From sequence record PZ019084.1: DNA of 64,000 nucleotides; one strand, given 5' to 3'. This stretch comes from a phage. The first letter of the stretch is position 1. Each line of letters begins with the position of its first letter. Both the position numbers and the translations under genes were made by a program. Below, one piece after another: positions 1 through 9,676 of the stretch. The notes below the pieces were generated by a model. That model saw nothing but the letters and a program-made list of their open reading frames with translations, searched no databases and had not been told where the DNA came from.

Positions 1-366
1 AACGAAGATGTCGCTGAGACTCTGCTAACCCTGAGCGGTCAAATTCATCAATAACGATTACTTTTTGACGACCATCAAATGAAGCTGCACTAGCAAAATT
101 AGTCAAAGGACCACGAACGAAATCAATTTTACAGTCTGATCCATTCACAAACATCATATCAGCATTTACATCATGACACAATGCTTTTGCTACAGTCGTT
201 TTACCTGTTCCTGGAGAAGGAGAATGAAGAATAATATGTGGAATCTTACCTTTACTTGTAATAGATTTAAAGGTTTCTTTATCAAAGGCGGGAAGAATAC
301 ATTCATCGATAGTAGATGGACGATATTTCTGTTCAAGAATGTGTTCTTTTTCATTTACAGTAATCA
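1..366 (-). CDS. 44: Clamp loader large subunit gp44, N-terminal part (gene runs off the window start)
   Basis: Minus-strand translation from ATG at 366-364 reads MITVNEKEH...; P-loop SPSPGTGKT encoded near 200-230; sits immediately downstream of gene 45 as in T4. Confidence 0.85.
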
Positions 367-399
367 TAATTTCCTCATTCAAGTTTTAGTGTAAATTTA

Positions 400-411
400 A
401 GGGCCGAAGCC
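400..411 (-). terminator. UUCG-loop GC hairpin between genes 45 and 44
   Basis: Minus strand gggcTTCGgccc in the 50 nt spacer between the 45 stop and 44 start. Confidence 0.45.
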
Positions 412-416
412 CTTTA

Positions 417-1103
417 TTAAAAGTCGTGGGTAGAATCAGCTTCAAGAGCTACTACATAATTCGCATGTTCACCTTCAAATTTAGCAGCGCCTTGTTTACC
501 TTTTGCCCAGAGCAGAAGTTTATAATTTCCTGGTTGCATTTTCATATTTGCCATATTGATAATGAAATTAAATGTATTTTCACCATCATAATCACCAAGA
601 GTCAAAGAATATTTAACACGGGTCAAAGCAGAATCTTCCACTTTATTAAAACCGTTAATTACAATTTTACCTTCTTTTACTGTGATAGCAATTGTATCAA
701 TCTGCAGACCACGAGATACACGCAACAGCTGTTGAAGGTCTTCAGCTTTAATTTCAGTAACAACAGATGCTACCGGGAATGGAATTGGTTTATTAGGAGC
801 AACTACTGTGCTCGGATCAGCTGCTGGCCAAAAAATTGTTGAACGGGCATCAGCAATTTTAATATTTCCATCTTCTGACTGGGAAATTTCTGCATCGTCA
901 TTAACTAAGGACAGAATACCGAGAAAACCGTTCAAATCGTAAATCGCTACATCAAAATCAATAGTGTCAGAAATATTTGCTTCCGCATAAGTTGTACCAT
1001 TAACTGCGCGAGTCATAATAAATTGACCGGATTTAAGCATAATACCGGAGTTAATAGTAGCGAAATTTTTAAGCAGAGCAGTAGTATCTTTAGACAGTTT
1101 CAT
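417..1103 (-). CDS. 45: Sliding clamp gp45
   Basis: 228 aa; sequence MKLSKDTTALLKNFATINSGIMLK... matches the T4 gp45 I remember almost residue for residue. Confidence 0.95.
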   Translation of the reverse strand: MKLSKDTTALLKNFATINSGIMLKSGQFIMTRAVNGTTYAEANISDTIDFDVAIYDLNGFLGILSLVNDDAEISQSEDGNIKIADARSTIFWPAADPSTVVAPNKPIPFPVASVVTEIKAEDLQQLLRVSRGLQIDTIAITVKEGKIVINGFNKVEDSALTRVKYSLTLGDYDGENTFNFIINMANMKMQPGNYKLLLWAKGKQGAAKFEGEHANYVVALEADSTHDF

Positions 1104-1158
1104 GTAATTTCCTTCAATTCAAATGAGATTTAATTTTATAACTAATTTAATAAAGCAA

Positions 1159-1548
1159 TTAACGATTAAAATCAGCAGCAATTGTTTCCGCAACAATTTG
1201 AGCAGCAACAATTAGACGTTCATCTGCATTACCGCAATAATCATCTTCAAGGCGTTCACCACATGAAGTCATAATAAATTTAGCACCAGCATTTAGAGAT
1301 TCTGCCGTATGTTTGCGCATCAGTTCAATCCATTTATCACTCACTTCACGATCGATGGCTTCATAATACGCATGACGAGCAGGTGCAGATTTAATTTTGC
1401 TCTGAATAACTTCCATTGCGTTATCAGAAAGAGACAAAACCCATGCTCGACGAATTTTATTTTGGTTTTGTGGATTTGAATCAGAACGCACGTGTTTTGG
1501 CTGAATATCTTTTACATCAACAGTATAATTCACAGTAATTTTAGTCAT
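1159..1548 (-). CDS. rpbA: RNA polymerase-binding protein RpbA
   Basis: 129 aa ORF directly upstream of gene 45; length and position match T4 rpbA. Confidence 0.75.
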   Translation of the reverse strand: MTKITVNYTVDVKDIQPKHVRSDSNPQNQNKIRRAWVLSLSDNAMEVIQSKIKSAPARHAYYEAIDREVSDKWIELMRKHTAESLNAGAKFIMTSCGERLEDDYCGNADERLIVAAQIVAETIAADFNR

Positions 1549-1557
1549 AATACACCT

Positions 1558-1749
1558 TTAGTCATAATAATCAGTAACAGTCCAAGCTTCATTCCTGTTG
1601 GACATTATTTTCGTATATTCTGATTTAAATGCATTCTTAAGCATAGATTCAGTAACTATATGCTCTTCATTAGAAAAATTATTTCTCAGAATATATCGTT
1701 TTATTTCAGGAATAGTTAATAGATGCTGTCCAGTTGAATATTCTGCCAC
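1558..1749 (-). CDS. Small early protein (position of T4 45.2)
   Basis: 63 aa ORF between rpbA and gene 46 region; assignment by position and length only. Confidence 0.45.
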   Translation of the reverse strand: MAEYSTGQHLLTIPEIKRYILRNNFSNEEHIVTESMLKNAFKSEYTKIMSNRNEAWTVTDYYD

Positions 1750-1759
1750 AGTTCCTCCG

Positions 1760-1767
1760 TATAAATA
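1760..1767 (+). promoter_or_regulatory. Late promoter (TATAAATA) for the HNH endonuclease gene
   Basis: Exact TATAAATA 34 nt upstream of the HNH ATG, followed by AAAGGA RBS. Confidence 0.65.
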
Positions 1768-1800
1768 TGTTTATCACTCGCTGTATCAAAAGGATATGTT

Positions 1801-2517
1801 ATGAATTATAAACTAATTTATGAAAAGTTAATCTCTAATGCTAAATCTCGAAAACTTGATTGCTATACTGAATCTCATCACATTATACCACGCTGTTTAA
1901 ATGGTAGCGATGACGCTTCAAACTTAGTAGATTTAACACCAGAAGAGCACTATGTAGCTCATCAACTTTTAGTAAAAATTTATCCTTCTGAACCAAAATT
2001 AGTCTATGCTGCTAACATGATGACAGTTTCTACGAAATACGCTAAACGTAACAATAAAACTTTCGGCTGGATTCGTCGTAAACTCTGGGAAATAGAAAAG
2101 AATAAAGAGTTCTCCCAAGAGACACGAAAGAAAATGTCCGACGCAGTAGCTAATAAAGCAAGACTAACTTGTCCACATTGCGGTAAGTCTGGATTAAGCG
2201 GGAATATGAATCGATGGCATTTTGATAACTGCCCAAATCACCCCAATCCTAAAGTTAGACCGCCAATGTCTAAAGAACACAGAAATAATATCTCAAACGG
2301 GCTTAAAGCAATCGTTCTTGAAGAAACATCATGCGAATTCTGCGGAATGATAGGCAAGAAATGCGTTATCGCAGCGCATAGAAATTTCTGCAAGAAAAAT
2401 CCAAATGGACGCAAGAAAACTGAAAAGACTGGTACTTGCGTCCATTGTGGTAAAGTTACCACGTTCGGAAATTTATCAAGATGGCATAATGATAATTGTA
2501 AATATAAACCTAGCTAA
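1801..2517 (+). mobile_element. Free-standing HNH homing endonuclease gene with C-terminal Cys/His zinc-finger repeats
   Basis: 238 aa; HNH motif ESHHIIPRCLNGSDDASNLVDLTPEEH; repeats CPHCGKSG...RWHFDNC and CVHCGKVT...RWHNDNC; only plus-strand gene in a minus-strand block; TATAAATA at 1760-1767. Confidence 0.8.
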
Positions 2518-4198
2518 TCTTAGCTAAACTAAATCTACCAACTTTTTCCATTTGAATGTGCTGACCATATTCCTGTGGGTCATGGTCTTTATGCGAAATT
2601 ATGAAGAAGTTGGTATCCTTCAAACCATCTAAAATTTTAGCCACATTTTTAATACCTTCAGCATCAAATGCACCGTCATACACTTCATCAAGAAATAAAC
2701 AACTTATTTTAACACCTGAAACTTTTTCAGCAATATCACGCCAAGTAAATAAAAGAGCAATATCAATTCGTGCTTTTTCACCTTGACTAAATGAAGCATA
2801 ACTAAAATCTTCACGACCACGGGATTTAATTGTCTCATTAAATTCTTCATCTAATGTAAACACATAATCCGCTTCCATTATTTTAAGATAATGATTAATC
2901 TGCTTATTAAATAATGGAATGTACTTTTTAATAATAGCACCTTTAATACCAGAATCTTTGAGCATATCAGTCAAAATTCCTCTATGGTATTTTTCCATTA
3001 CTAAATTAGTTTTTGTCTTAACAATTTTATCAAGTTCTTCTTGAAGCAGTGCTATTTCATCAGCATGGTCAATAAACTCAGATGATGCTTTTTCTATAGC
3101 TGCTTTAACTTTTTTAGCTTTATCTACAGTCGTGATTAGAGATTGCTTTTTATTGCGAATATCATTCGCCAACGTCTGCTGGGTTTTAATATTATCTCGG
3201 TATTCATCAACGAGAACTTTTAAATTATCACGATGTGTTGAAAGCTGTTCAAACGAATGCGTGCATTCAGAAACTTTATCTTTAATTTTAGAAACAACTT
3301 TATCACCGGAACTTAATTGTGACAAACAGGTTGGACATAATCCACCTTCGTGATACATATTAATGACTTTATTATACGAGTCAATTTTTGATTTAATTAA
3401 AAATGCTTCTTGACCGATTTTATTAAATGCATCAGTCGGGTCTTCATCCAAAACAATATTAACTAATCTTTCATTAGCTTCTTCTATTTCCGATTTTAGC
3501 GTTCTAGCTTCTTTTGCCAAATCATCATACATATTCTGCAGACGAGTAAGGTTATCACCGGTTAATTTTTTCTGACGTTCAACGTTATCATTATATATTT
3601 TAATTTGTTGGATAATACTATCTTTTTTAACATCAAGCACTTGGTTTTGTGAATTTAATTCACGTATTAGTGCTTTATTAAGCTTATCCATTTCAGCTAA
3701 TGTTCCTACCTCGAGTAGGTCTTCGACAAGCTTTCTTCTTGCAGGAGTGGATAAGCCCATAAAAGGGGTATATCCAGCCGTGCCGAGTACGACGATCTGT
3801 TTGAAACTGGCGTATGACATTCCGATAAGCTGTTCAAATTCTGCTTGGAAATCTTTACTGCTGGCAGATTCATTAAGACGTGTACCGTTAACGGTGATTT
3901 CGAAAACGTTTGGTTTTTGTCCTCTTTTGATATAGTACTTTTTCTCATCATATTCCATCCACAGTTCAACTAAAAGTTCTTTCTTATTTGTACTGTTTAT
4001 TAATTGGCCTTTCTTTACATCACGAAATGGCTTGCCAAAAAGCCCAAATGTGATGGCTTCTAACATAGTAGACTTACCACCGCCATTTCGCCCAGTAATA
4101 AGAGTTTTTTGAACCTTATCTAGTTGAATGTCAATAGGATTTCCACCTACTGACATTATATTTTGATACCTAACTCGGTTTAGTTTAAAATTCTTCAC
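2510..4198 (-). CDS. 46: Recombination endonuclease subunit gp46 (Rad50/SbcC-like ATPase)
   Basis: 562 aa; Walker A GRNGGGKST near N-terminus, long coiled-coil middle, Cys motif CPTC, C-terminal Walker B region LFLDEV; size matches T4 gp46. Confidence 0.9.
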   Translation of the reverse strand: MKNFKLNRVRYQNIMSVGGNPIDIQLDKVQKTLITGRNGGGKSTMLEAITFGLFGKPFRDVKKGQLINSTNKKELLVELWMEYDEKKYYIKRGQKPNVFEITVNGTRLNESASSKDFQAEFEQLIGMSYASFKQIVVLGTAGYTPFMGLSTPARRKLVEDLLEVGTLAEMDKLNKALIRELNSQNQVLDVKKDSIIQQIKIYNDNVERQKKLTGDNLTRLQNMYDDLAKEARTLKSEIEEANERLVNIVLDEDPTDAFNKIGQEAFLIKSKIDSYNKVINMYHEGGLCPTCLSQLSSGDKVVSKIKDKVSECTHSFEQLSTHRDNLKVLVDEYRDNIKTQQTLANDIRNKKQSLITTVDKAKKVKAAIEKASSEFIDHADEIALLQEELDKIVKTKTNLVMEKYHRGILTDMLKDSGIKGAIIKKYIPLFNKQINHYLKIMEADYVFTLDEEFNETIKSRGREDFSYASFSQGEKARIDIALLFTWRDIAEKVSGVKISCLFLDEVYDGAFDAEGIKNVAKILDGLKDTNFFIISHKDHDPQEYGQHIQMEKVGRFSLAKIS

Positions 4199-4458
4199 AA
4201 AAGATTCCTTTTAATGTATCTTTTAGACCATTCTATCATATCATCATAATCTAAAAAGTATTCATCAAATTCAGCCATGCAAACAACACCTTGTGCTGCT
4301 TTTGATGTAATATAAATTATTCCAACATATCTAGAATCTTCTTCGGTGTAATCAATATTTGCTATGAATTCATCGTTAATGTCAAATGTCGAAAACTTCA
4401 CAGTATGCATCCTTAATACAAGATACAGCCATATCTTGTAATGATTTAGGTGTGTCAT
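4195..4458 (-). CDS. Small acidic protein; true start probably the internal ATG at 4410
   Basis: Stop overlaps gene 46 start (ATGA coupling). The longest-ORF start overlaps the upstream ORF by 77 nt, so the internal Met (MHTVKFSTFD...) is more likely. Confidence 0.35.
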   Translation of the reverse strand: MTHLNHYKIWLYLVLRMHTVKFSTFDINDEFIANIDYTEEDSRYVGIIYITSKAAQGVVCMAEFDEYFLDYDDMIEWSKRYIKRNLL

Positions 4459-4645
4459 TATCTAAAATGTTGAAGTTAAAAGATACAGCCCAGTCAGTGC
4501 AGACCGTGACCTTTTTAATACAATTATCTTCAACCTCTAGCGGTTCAAACCAATATTCAATAATTTCTTTATGCCCAATATCATCTTTTACTTCGCATTC
4601 AAAATGCTGACTCATCATAACATTTTTAAATTCATCAAAAGTCAT
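4382..4645 (-). CDS. Small acidic protein between genes 47 and 46
   Basis: 87 aa; start ATG overlaps gene 47 stop (ATGA), suggesting translational coupling. Confidence 0.4.
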   Translation of the reverse strand: MTFDEFKNVMMSQHFECEVKDDIGHKEIIEYWFEPLEVEDNCIKKVTVCTDWAVSFNFNILDNDTPKSLQDMAVSCIKDAYCEVFDI

Positions 4646-5661
4646 TGTGTTGCCTCTACATATAACTGATTTGCATATTGAATAAGTGCTTCGCGGTCAG
4701 AATCAGTGATGTCTGGAATTGTATTAATGTATTCTTCCATCAACGTCTGAAGAGATTGAACTTCAACTTCTTCACTATCATCTGACTCGATAGAGTTATC
4801 AATCTTTGACACAACTCGTAATGAATGCACAACTTTTTCTAGTTCAGATTCGAACTTCGTTAGATTTTTGTCTACCTCAGTTACTATAACACGTACTGAT
4901 AGATTTGTAAAATCTTTATAGTCAATTTTTCCCTTAAATGGATACTGAATTCGACGGTGCCAAGTAGTGTTGTTTGGAATAAATTCCATTCGTTCTGTTT
5001 CTGTATCAAACATCCAGAACCCGCGAGGGTCATTCTCGTCACCTGCAGTTAGTGTCCATGGTGTCCCAATATATCTGACGTTAGCAGCCTCAGAGATAGT
5101 ATGGAAGTGACCAGACCACACCTCTTTATAAGTCTTAAGGAAATCAGGTTCAAGACCGTGAGATTTCATTCCTTTATAAAAATAAAATCCATTCAGTTCC
5201 CAGTGACCAACACAAAAAGAAGCAGATGAAGTTTTGATGTGTTCAAGAATTTCACCAGTATTTTCTTCGCACATCCAAGGAATTAAATCAATCAAACATC
5301 CGTCAAAATCTACTGTAGTAGGCTTATCATATACTTTAACATTAGGATATTTAGCCAAAAGCTCAGTAGAAGCATTTGGAGTTAAAGTATTTTTAAAGTG
5401 CATATCATGGTTTCCTACAACAGTATGTAGGGTAATACCAGCATCATCAAGCATTTGAACTATTTCACGAGCGAACTCCATAGTTTTATGCGTGATTGCT
5501 TTTCGCACATCAAAAATATCGCCGTATTGAATCCATGTAGTAATTCCGTTTTTCTTAGAATATTCTATTGCTTGTTTAATTCCATCCAACTGAATGGATT
5601 GAACCCACTCATCATCGGCTTTAACACCTAAATGCCAATCACCTAAATTTAAAATTTTCAT
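4642..5661 (-). CDS. 47: Recombination endonuclease subunit gp47 (Mre11/SbcD-like phosphoesterase)
   Basis: 339 aa; calcineurin-like phosphoesterase motifs (MKILNLGDWHLG, GDIFD, GNHD, GH.H); same size as T4 gp47. Confidence 0.9.
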   Translation of the reverse strand: MKILNLGDWHLGVKADDEWVQSIQLDGIKQAIEYSKKNGITTWIQYGDIFDVRKAITHKTMEFAREIVQMLDDAGITLHTVVGNHDMHFKNTLTPNASTELLAKYPNVKVYDKPTTVDFDGCLIDLIPWMCEENTGEILEHIKTSSASFCVGHWELNGFYFYKGMKSHGLEPDFLKTYKEVWSGHFHTISEAANVRYIGTPWTLTAGDENDPRGFWMFDTETERMEFIPNNTTWHRRIQYPFKGKIDYKDFTNLSVRVIVTEVDKNLTKFESELEKVVHSLRVVSKIDNSIESDDSEEVEVQSLQTLMEEYINTIPDITDSDREALIQYANQLYVEATQ

Positions 5662-5821
5662 ATATCAAGAACCGTCATTGAAATGCAAAATAAAATTATT
5701 GAAATAAATCCGTCCGGAGTGCTAAAGAACCCAATCCAACATGCTCTAGTGAATAGATAAAATGCGAGAAAAAGTATCACATATCCAAGAAATATCATTA
5801 TATCAAACTCCGTATAAAGCT

Positions 5822-5840
5822 AAAGGGCCGAAGCCCTTTA
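5822..5840 (-). terminator. UUCG-loop GC hairpin at the a-gt stop
   Basis: Minus strand taaagggcTTCGgccctttag overlapping the a-gt stop codon, followed by T-rich sequence. Confidence 0.5.
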
Positions 5841-7040
5841 TTTTGTAATAATGTCAAACTGTTCTTTAAAGCAGAAGCTTGAATCTTGATGCTGATACAA
5901 AAATTCATAAGCTTTTTCGCGTTCACGGTCATAAAGAGCTCGGTCAGATGACAGTTCTTTAATACGCTCAAATGTTGATTCCATGTCATTTTCATCAAAC
6001 CAAACGATACCGCTATCATGAGAAATTAACGGAGTATTATCAACACGGAATTTTAAATTTTCGCCAGTAGATTTCCAAAATACTGGAATTGTTCCACATG
6101 CACCAAGCTCGAGATGAGTATATTCTAAAGAACGTTGTAGATATTTTTTGTCCAACTTACTCAGCTGATAACCAAATCCAGATTTACTCATGCGTTCAAG
6201 CATTTCGCTATTTACATAACGGTCAAGAATTTGCGTTGGCAAATTAGGAGCAATTTTAATTTGGTCTACTTGATGAAGACGATAATACTCGTATGGAATT
6301 CCTTTTTCTTTAATAGGAATGAACGCTGGAGAACGTTCCAGACCTTCCATAATAGTACTTAACCCTGCAGGTTTAAGATGTTTTTCGTGAAAATCAAACA
6401 TCTGATAAAAACCTTTCCATGTAGTAGTACGACCAATCCAACGGTTGATATTCATGTTAATTTCAGAAACATCTTTCCAGTAAGTTGATCGAACCTTCGC
6501 AATATCCATAGGAGGCTGAAAGTTGTATACAGTCGGTGCTTCTTCAATATCATCAAACAGTGAAACAGTTTCTGGATACCATTCTTTCATCAGAACTTTA
6601 TTAAAATCACCATTATCAGAATGACTAAAAATAACATCAGCTCGGCGAACAGTTTCTTCTAATCCCAAATTTCGACGCAAAGAAAGAGAAGAATGGTCAT
6701 GTTGATAAACTACAACACGAACCGAAGGTTTAATGTTATCAATAATTTTTTTATAGTTATTAATAGTGTCTTCTTCGACTGAAGTAGCAGGAACTGAATT
6801 GATAACTAGAATATCACAATCATTTACCAGCTTAAGCGTTTTATCGTATTCTTTTGCCAATAAAACCGGAATTGAAAATGATTTATAATCATGCGCGCAA
6901 TTACGTGTAAATGATTTATCTTTAGCATAAACCAAAGTTACTTCATGACCATTTTTAATAAACCAATCACGCTGCTCAAGAGAAAATTTAGTTACGCCAC
7001 AACCTTCAAGACCTCGAGCCATAAAAATGCATACTTTCAT
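5838..7040 (-). CDS. a-gt: DNA alpha-glucosyltransferase
   Basis: 400 aa, same as T4 AGT; N-terminus CIFMARGLEGCGVTKFSLEQRDWF matches remembered T4 AGT. Confidence 0.85.
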   Translation of the reverse strand: MKVCIFMARGLEGCGVTKFSLEQRDWFIKNGHEVTLVYAKDKSFTRNCAHDYKSFSIPVLLAKEYDKTLKLVNDCDILVINSVPATSVEEDTINNYKKIIDNIKPSVRVVVYQHDHSSLSLRRNLGLEETVRRADVIFSHSDNGDFNKVLMKEWYPETVSLFDDIEEAPTVYNFQPPMDIAKVRSTYWKDVSEINMNINRWIGRTTTWKGFYQMFDFHEKHLKPAGLSTIMEGLERSPAFIPIKEKGIPYEYYRLHQVDQIKIAPNLPTQILDRYVNSEMLERMSKSGFGYQLSKLDKKYLQRSLEYTHLELGACGTIPVFWKSTGENLKFRVDNTPLISHDSGIVWFDENDMESTFERIKELSSDRALYDREREKAYEFLYQHQDSSFCFKEQFDIITK

Positions 7041-7061
7041 TTAATATCCTCATTGTTTTGG

Positions 7062-7089
7062 TTTATTTTACCAAAAATTTATAAAGCAA
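7062..7089 (-). promoter_or_regulatory. Candidate middle (MotA-dependent) promoter for a-gt
   Basis: Minus strand reads attGCTTTAtaaatttttggTAAAAT: MotA-box-like TGCTTTA followed about 12 nt later by TAAAAT, about 25 nt upstream of the a-gt ATG. Confidence 0.4.
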
Positions 7090-7090
7090 T

Positions 7091-7110
7091 ATAGGAGCCG
7101 AAGCTCCTAT
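7091..7110 (-). terminator. UUCG-loop hairpin upstream of a-gt promoter
   Basis: Minus strand ataggagcTTCGgctcctat. Confidence 0.45.
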
Positions 7111-7283
7111 CCGCATAATACGCCATACAAAGGCTCGTTAGAGCTTCTAAATTTTATGCGCTTATATGTTATAGTTCCTTCTGCTTTAGCTTTATCGTGA
7201 GCCTCTTTAAAGCGTCTCATCATTTCTACTTTAGAGGAACGAATTTTATTATAATCTATTTCAGAAGTCTGGGTGTTCATCTT

Positions 7284-7490
7284 TCACAATTGCCACCATT
7301 TTTTGACTTGATAAGAATCAACCCACACTTTCATGTTAGGGTCTGCTCTTACAATAGGAGGATTAACTTCTTTAATTGAACTATCATGGTATTCTTTTTC
7401 AGAAATTTTCACACAAAGATGACCATTCAAAGATTCAGTAAATCCTGCATTAATTTTAAGACGCTTGAATTTTACGTGTGTAAGCATCAA
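7284..7490 (-). CDS. Hypothetical small protein
   Basis: 68 aa ORF in the 55 to a-gt interval; coding strand consistent with neighbours. Confidence 0.3.
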   Translation of the reverse strand: MMLTHVKFKRLKINAGFTESLNGHLCVKISEKEYHDSSIKEVNPPIVRADPNMKVWVDSYQVKKWWQL

Positions 7491-7773
7491 TCATATCCTC
7501 AATCTGCGATCTAGTAGTCTTCCAAAGAATACTAATGAGTTCATCGTTATATGGCTGTTTTAGAATATCCCGACTTTTCTTGATAGCATATTCGTATTGA
7601 GCAAAATTATTGTTTTCAGCTGCAATCTGAGCGTGCTTATAAAGACGGTTCAGTTCGCGTTTATTTTTAGACAATAACTTATTTGCTTTTCTTTCTGCTT
7701 CAAGACGGTTCTTTTCTTCAATAGAAGAAATAAGCTTTTCCACTTCATCATTAATTTCGGGTTTATCAGTCAT
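7456..7773 (-). CDS. Hypothetical protein, predicted coiled coil
   Basis: 105 aa, charged and helical-looking (EKNRLEAERKANKLLSKNKRELNRL). Confidence 0.45.
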   Translation of the reverse strand: MTDKPEINDEVEKLISSIEEKNRLEAERKANKLLSKNKRELNRLYKHAQIAAENNNFAQYEYAIKKSRDILKQPYNDELISILWKTTRSQIEDMIDAYTRKIQAS

Positions 7774-7774
7774 A

Positions 7775-7993
7775 TTATTTCTCTAATATAAAATAAAAAT
7801 CATCATCTGTTAAATGATACCGATAGTTTAATTCTACACCATTAGATTTAAAAGCGGTATCATACGGATTTTCTGGATCAATATCAATGTCAAGAGCTAA
7901 AACTTCCCTGAGATACATTTTAAGTAAATAGGGAATAGCTTCAACTTCAGGTATTTCTTCCAAGAATCCGGAGAGGTTAATCGTTAGCCTCAT
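7775..7993 (-). CDS. Hypothetical small protein
   Basis: 72 aa ORF, stop 1 nt before next gene start. Confidence 0.4.
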
Positions 7994-8534
7994 ATAAAAA
8001 ATCCAAACTAGGAGAATCGTCTACAACACTTTTCTTTTCAGCCCCCGGTGTTCTATAGGTTGATTCTTCGTAATGCGTCATTTTATCGTAGATGTCTTGA
8101 ATAAAAGTTTCATCTACTAACGCAACCATATCGTCGTCACGACTGTCATAGACATTGTGAACGAAGTAACTGTATTTCTTTGCAACTTCCTTACGTTCTT
8201 TTTTAATACGTTGGACGAATGCATTAAAACAAGCTTGAGTTATATATGCATGTGGGTTTTTATATTTCGTTTCATCAAAATTATGAAGCCCCTTAATAGA
8301 AGCTTCTATACCATCTGCAATCATTTCTTGTTTCCAGGATTGGGTGTATCCTGAAAAGTTGAAACGTTTAGATAAGCCTTCTGCAATAAGCATAATGGCC
8401 AATCCGATAGTATCATTCTGACGAACTACTTTATTTGGGTCTTTATTATTTGCTAATTCTGTTTTCCAATCAATAATAGCTTGTAAAAGCTCTTTATTGT
8501 TTACGTAATTATATTTAGGCTTAGTTTCTGACAT
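7977..8534 (-). CDS. 55: Late-transcription sigma factor gp55
   Basis: Translation ...[33 protein letters not shown]... matches remembered T4 gp55; start set at the MSETKPKY Met. Confidence 0.85.
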
Positions 8535-8612
8535 TTTCACCTCTTAGCTCAATTCATAGATCTATTATATCATAATATTTGAAGATCTATCTTAAAGCAT
8601 AGAGGATATCAG

Positions 8613-8882
8613 TTATCTAAGTAAGCAGTATGCTTGGAACACTTTCTCCATCATCTTTTTAAATTCATGAATATCTATGTAATGACTAGTTAAATCAGCA
8701 TGATATAAAAAGTCTAAAAACTTTTCATGCGTGCTAACATATTCAATTTCATTTAATTCAGAAACATGGCTTTCCCAATATCCAACACCAGTCTTATTTG
8801 GGAAAAATGAAATTTTCATATATTGGTCAACATAGAAAATTCCATAATTTTCAATAGTAATAGAAATATTAATAAATTTCAT
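8613..8882 (-). CDS. Hypothetical small protein
   Basis: 89 aa ORF in the 55-to-nrdH block of small early genes. Confidence 0.4.
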   Translation of the reverse strand: MKFINISITIENYGIFYVDQYMKISFFPNKTGVGYWESHVSELNEIEYVSTHEKFLDFLYHADLTSHYIDIHEFKKMMEKVFQAYCLLR

Positions 8883-9094
8883 ACATTCATCAACTTAGCC
8901 GCTTCAAGAGCTGCATCTAGTGAATCAAATTGGTCAACGTATTCAATCAATTTGCCGTAATTAGCGTATAACCACCATTGGCTAAATTCATACTCAAGAA
9001 TGAATCCATTTCCTTCAATTTGAGTTAAACCAATGCCGTTTGTATTTACTTCATATCCGGCAAGACGTAAATCGTTAATAAGAGCTTCATTCAT
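8879..9094 (-). CDS. Hypothetical small protein
   Basis: 71 aa; start/stop overlap with neighbours (operon-like packing). Confidence 0.4.
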   Translation of the reverse strand: MNEALINDLRLAGYEVNTNGIGLTQIEGNGFILEYEFSQWWLYANYGKLIEYVDQFDSLDAALEAAKLMNV

Positions 9095-9096
9095 AA

Positions 9097-9423
9097 TTAT
9101 GCCTTAGTAATTTTCAGATCAGCAAATTTTTTCTTGCGTTGATTTTTCATACGACGAATAGTTTTATCGGAAATTTCATGCTTTTGATAAGCTTTAGATT
9201 CTACACCAAAAGCTTTAACATCAAATTCTGACAAGATATATTGAACCAACAATTCACGGATAGTATTTCGTCCAATTTTTTGATCATTCTGTTTCATCGT
9301 CTGATGAAGCTCTTTTTCCCATTTATCCAAAATTTGAGGAGTTACAATATCGCCTTTTTCTAGCAGAGAAACTACTTTATCATATGCATAAGAATTGATG
9401 GCGTTTTTAATTTGAATAGTCAT
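9097..9423 (-). CDS. Hypothetical small basic protein
   Basis: 108 aa ORF; lysine/arginine-rich C-terminus. Confidence 0.4.
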   Translation of the reverse strand: MTIQIKNAINSYAYDKVVSLLEKGDIVTPQILDKWEKELHQTMKQNDQKIGRNTIRELLVQYILSEFDVKAFGVESKAYQKHEISDKTIRRMKNQRKKKFADLKITKA

Positions 9424-9461
9424 ACATTATCCTCAATTACGTTAAAATTTTATTATCCAAA

Positions 9462-9477
9462 AAGGGCCGAAGCCCTT
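9462..9477 (-). terminator. GC hairpin with UUCG loop followed by U-run (intrinsic terminator)
   Basis: Minus strand reads aagggcTTCGgcccttTTTTgg. Confidence 0.6.
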
Positions 9478-9676
9478 AGCTAAACTGTTTGGCACCCTTC
9501 CAGCCTTCGTACATCATTGCAGCTGATATTAATATTGCTCCTGCGCATTTTGAATATTTGTGATTCCAAAACCAGTTCAGAAAAACTTCGTCATCAATAC
9601 CTTGGGCTATCATATTTTCAAAGAACTGGCGACGAGCTTCAGCAATTCGTTGCGATAATTTAGATTCAGGATTCAT
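9476..9676 (-). CDS. Hypothetical small protein
   Basis: 66 aa ORF ending at the terminator hairpin. Confidence 0.4.
   Translation of the reverse strand: MNPESKLSQRIAEARRQFFENMIAQGIDDEVFLNWFWNHKYSKCAGAILISAAMMYEGWKGAKQFS

Noticed and set aside
173-842. Plus-strand ORFs 173-394 and 426-842
   Set aside because: They lie antisense inside genes 44 and 45, which are securely identified by sequence; low-complexity translations; treated as frame artefacts.
2238-2462. Minus-strand ORF inside the HNH endonuclease gene
   Set aside because: Antisense to a gene with clear HNH and zinc-finger motifs and its own promoter; no RBS.
3706-3969. Minus-strand 87 aa ORF inside gene 46 in another frame
   Set aside because: Fully contained within the gp46 coding sequence in an alternative frame; no independent signals.
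4382-4458. Identical 77 nt overlaps between adjacent ORFs (also at 9816-9892) as possible programmed frameshift sites
   Set aside because: The overlap length results from the ORF finder choosing the most upstream ATG; internal Met codons with RBS-like sequences give ordinary short overlaps, so no frameshift is needed.
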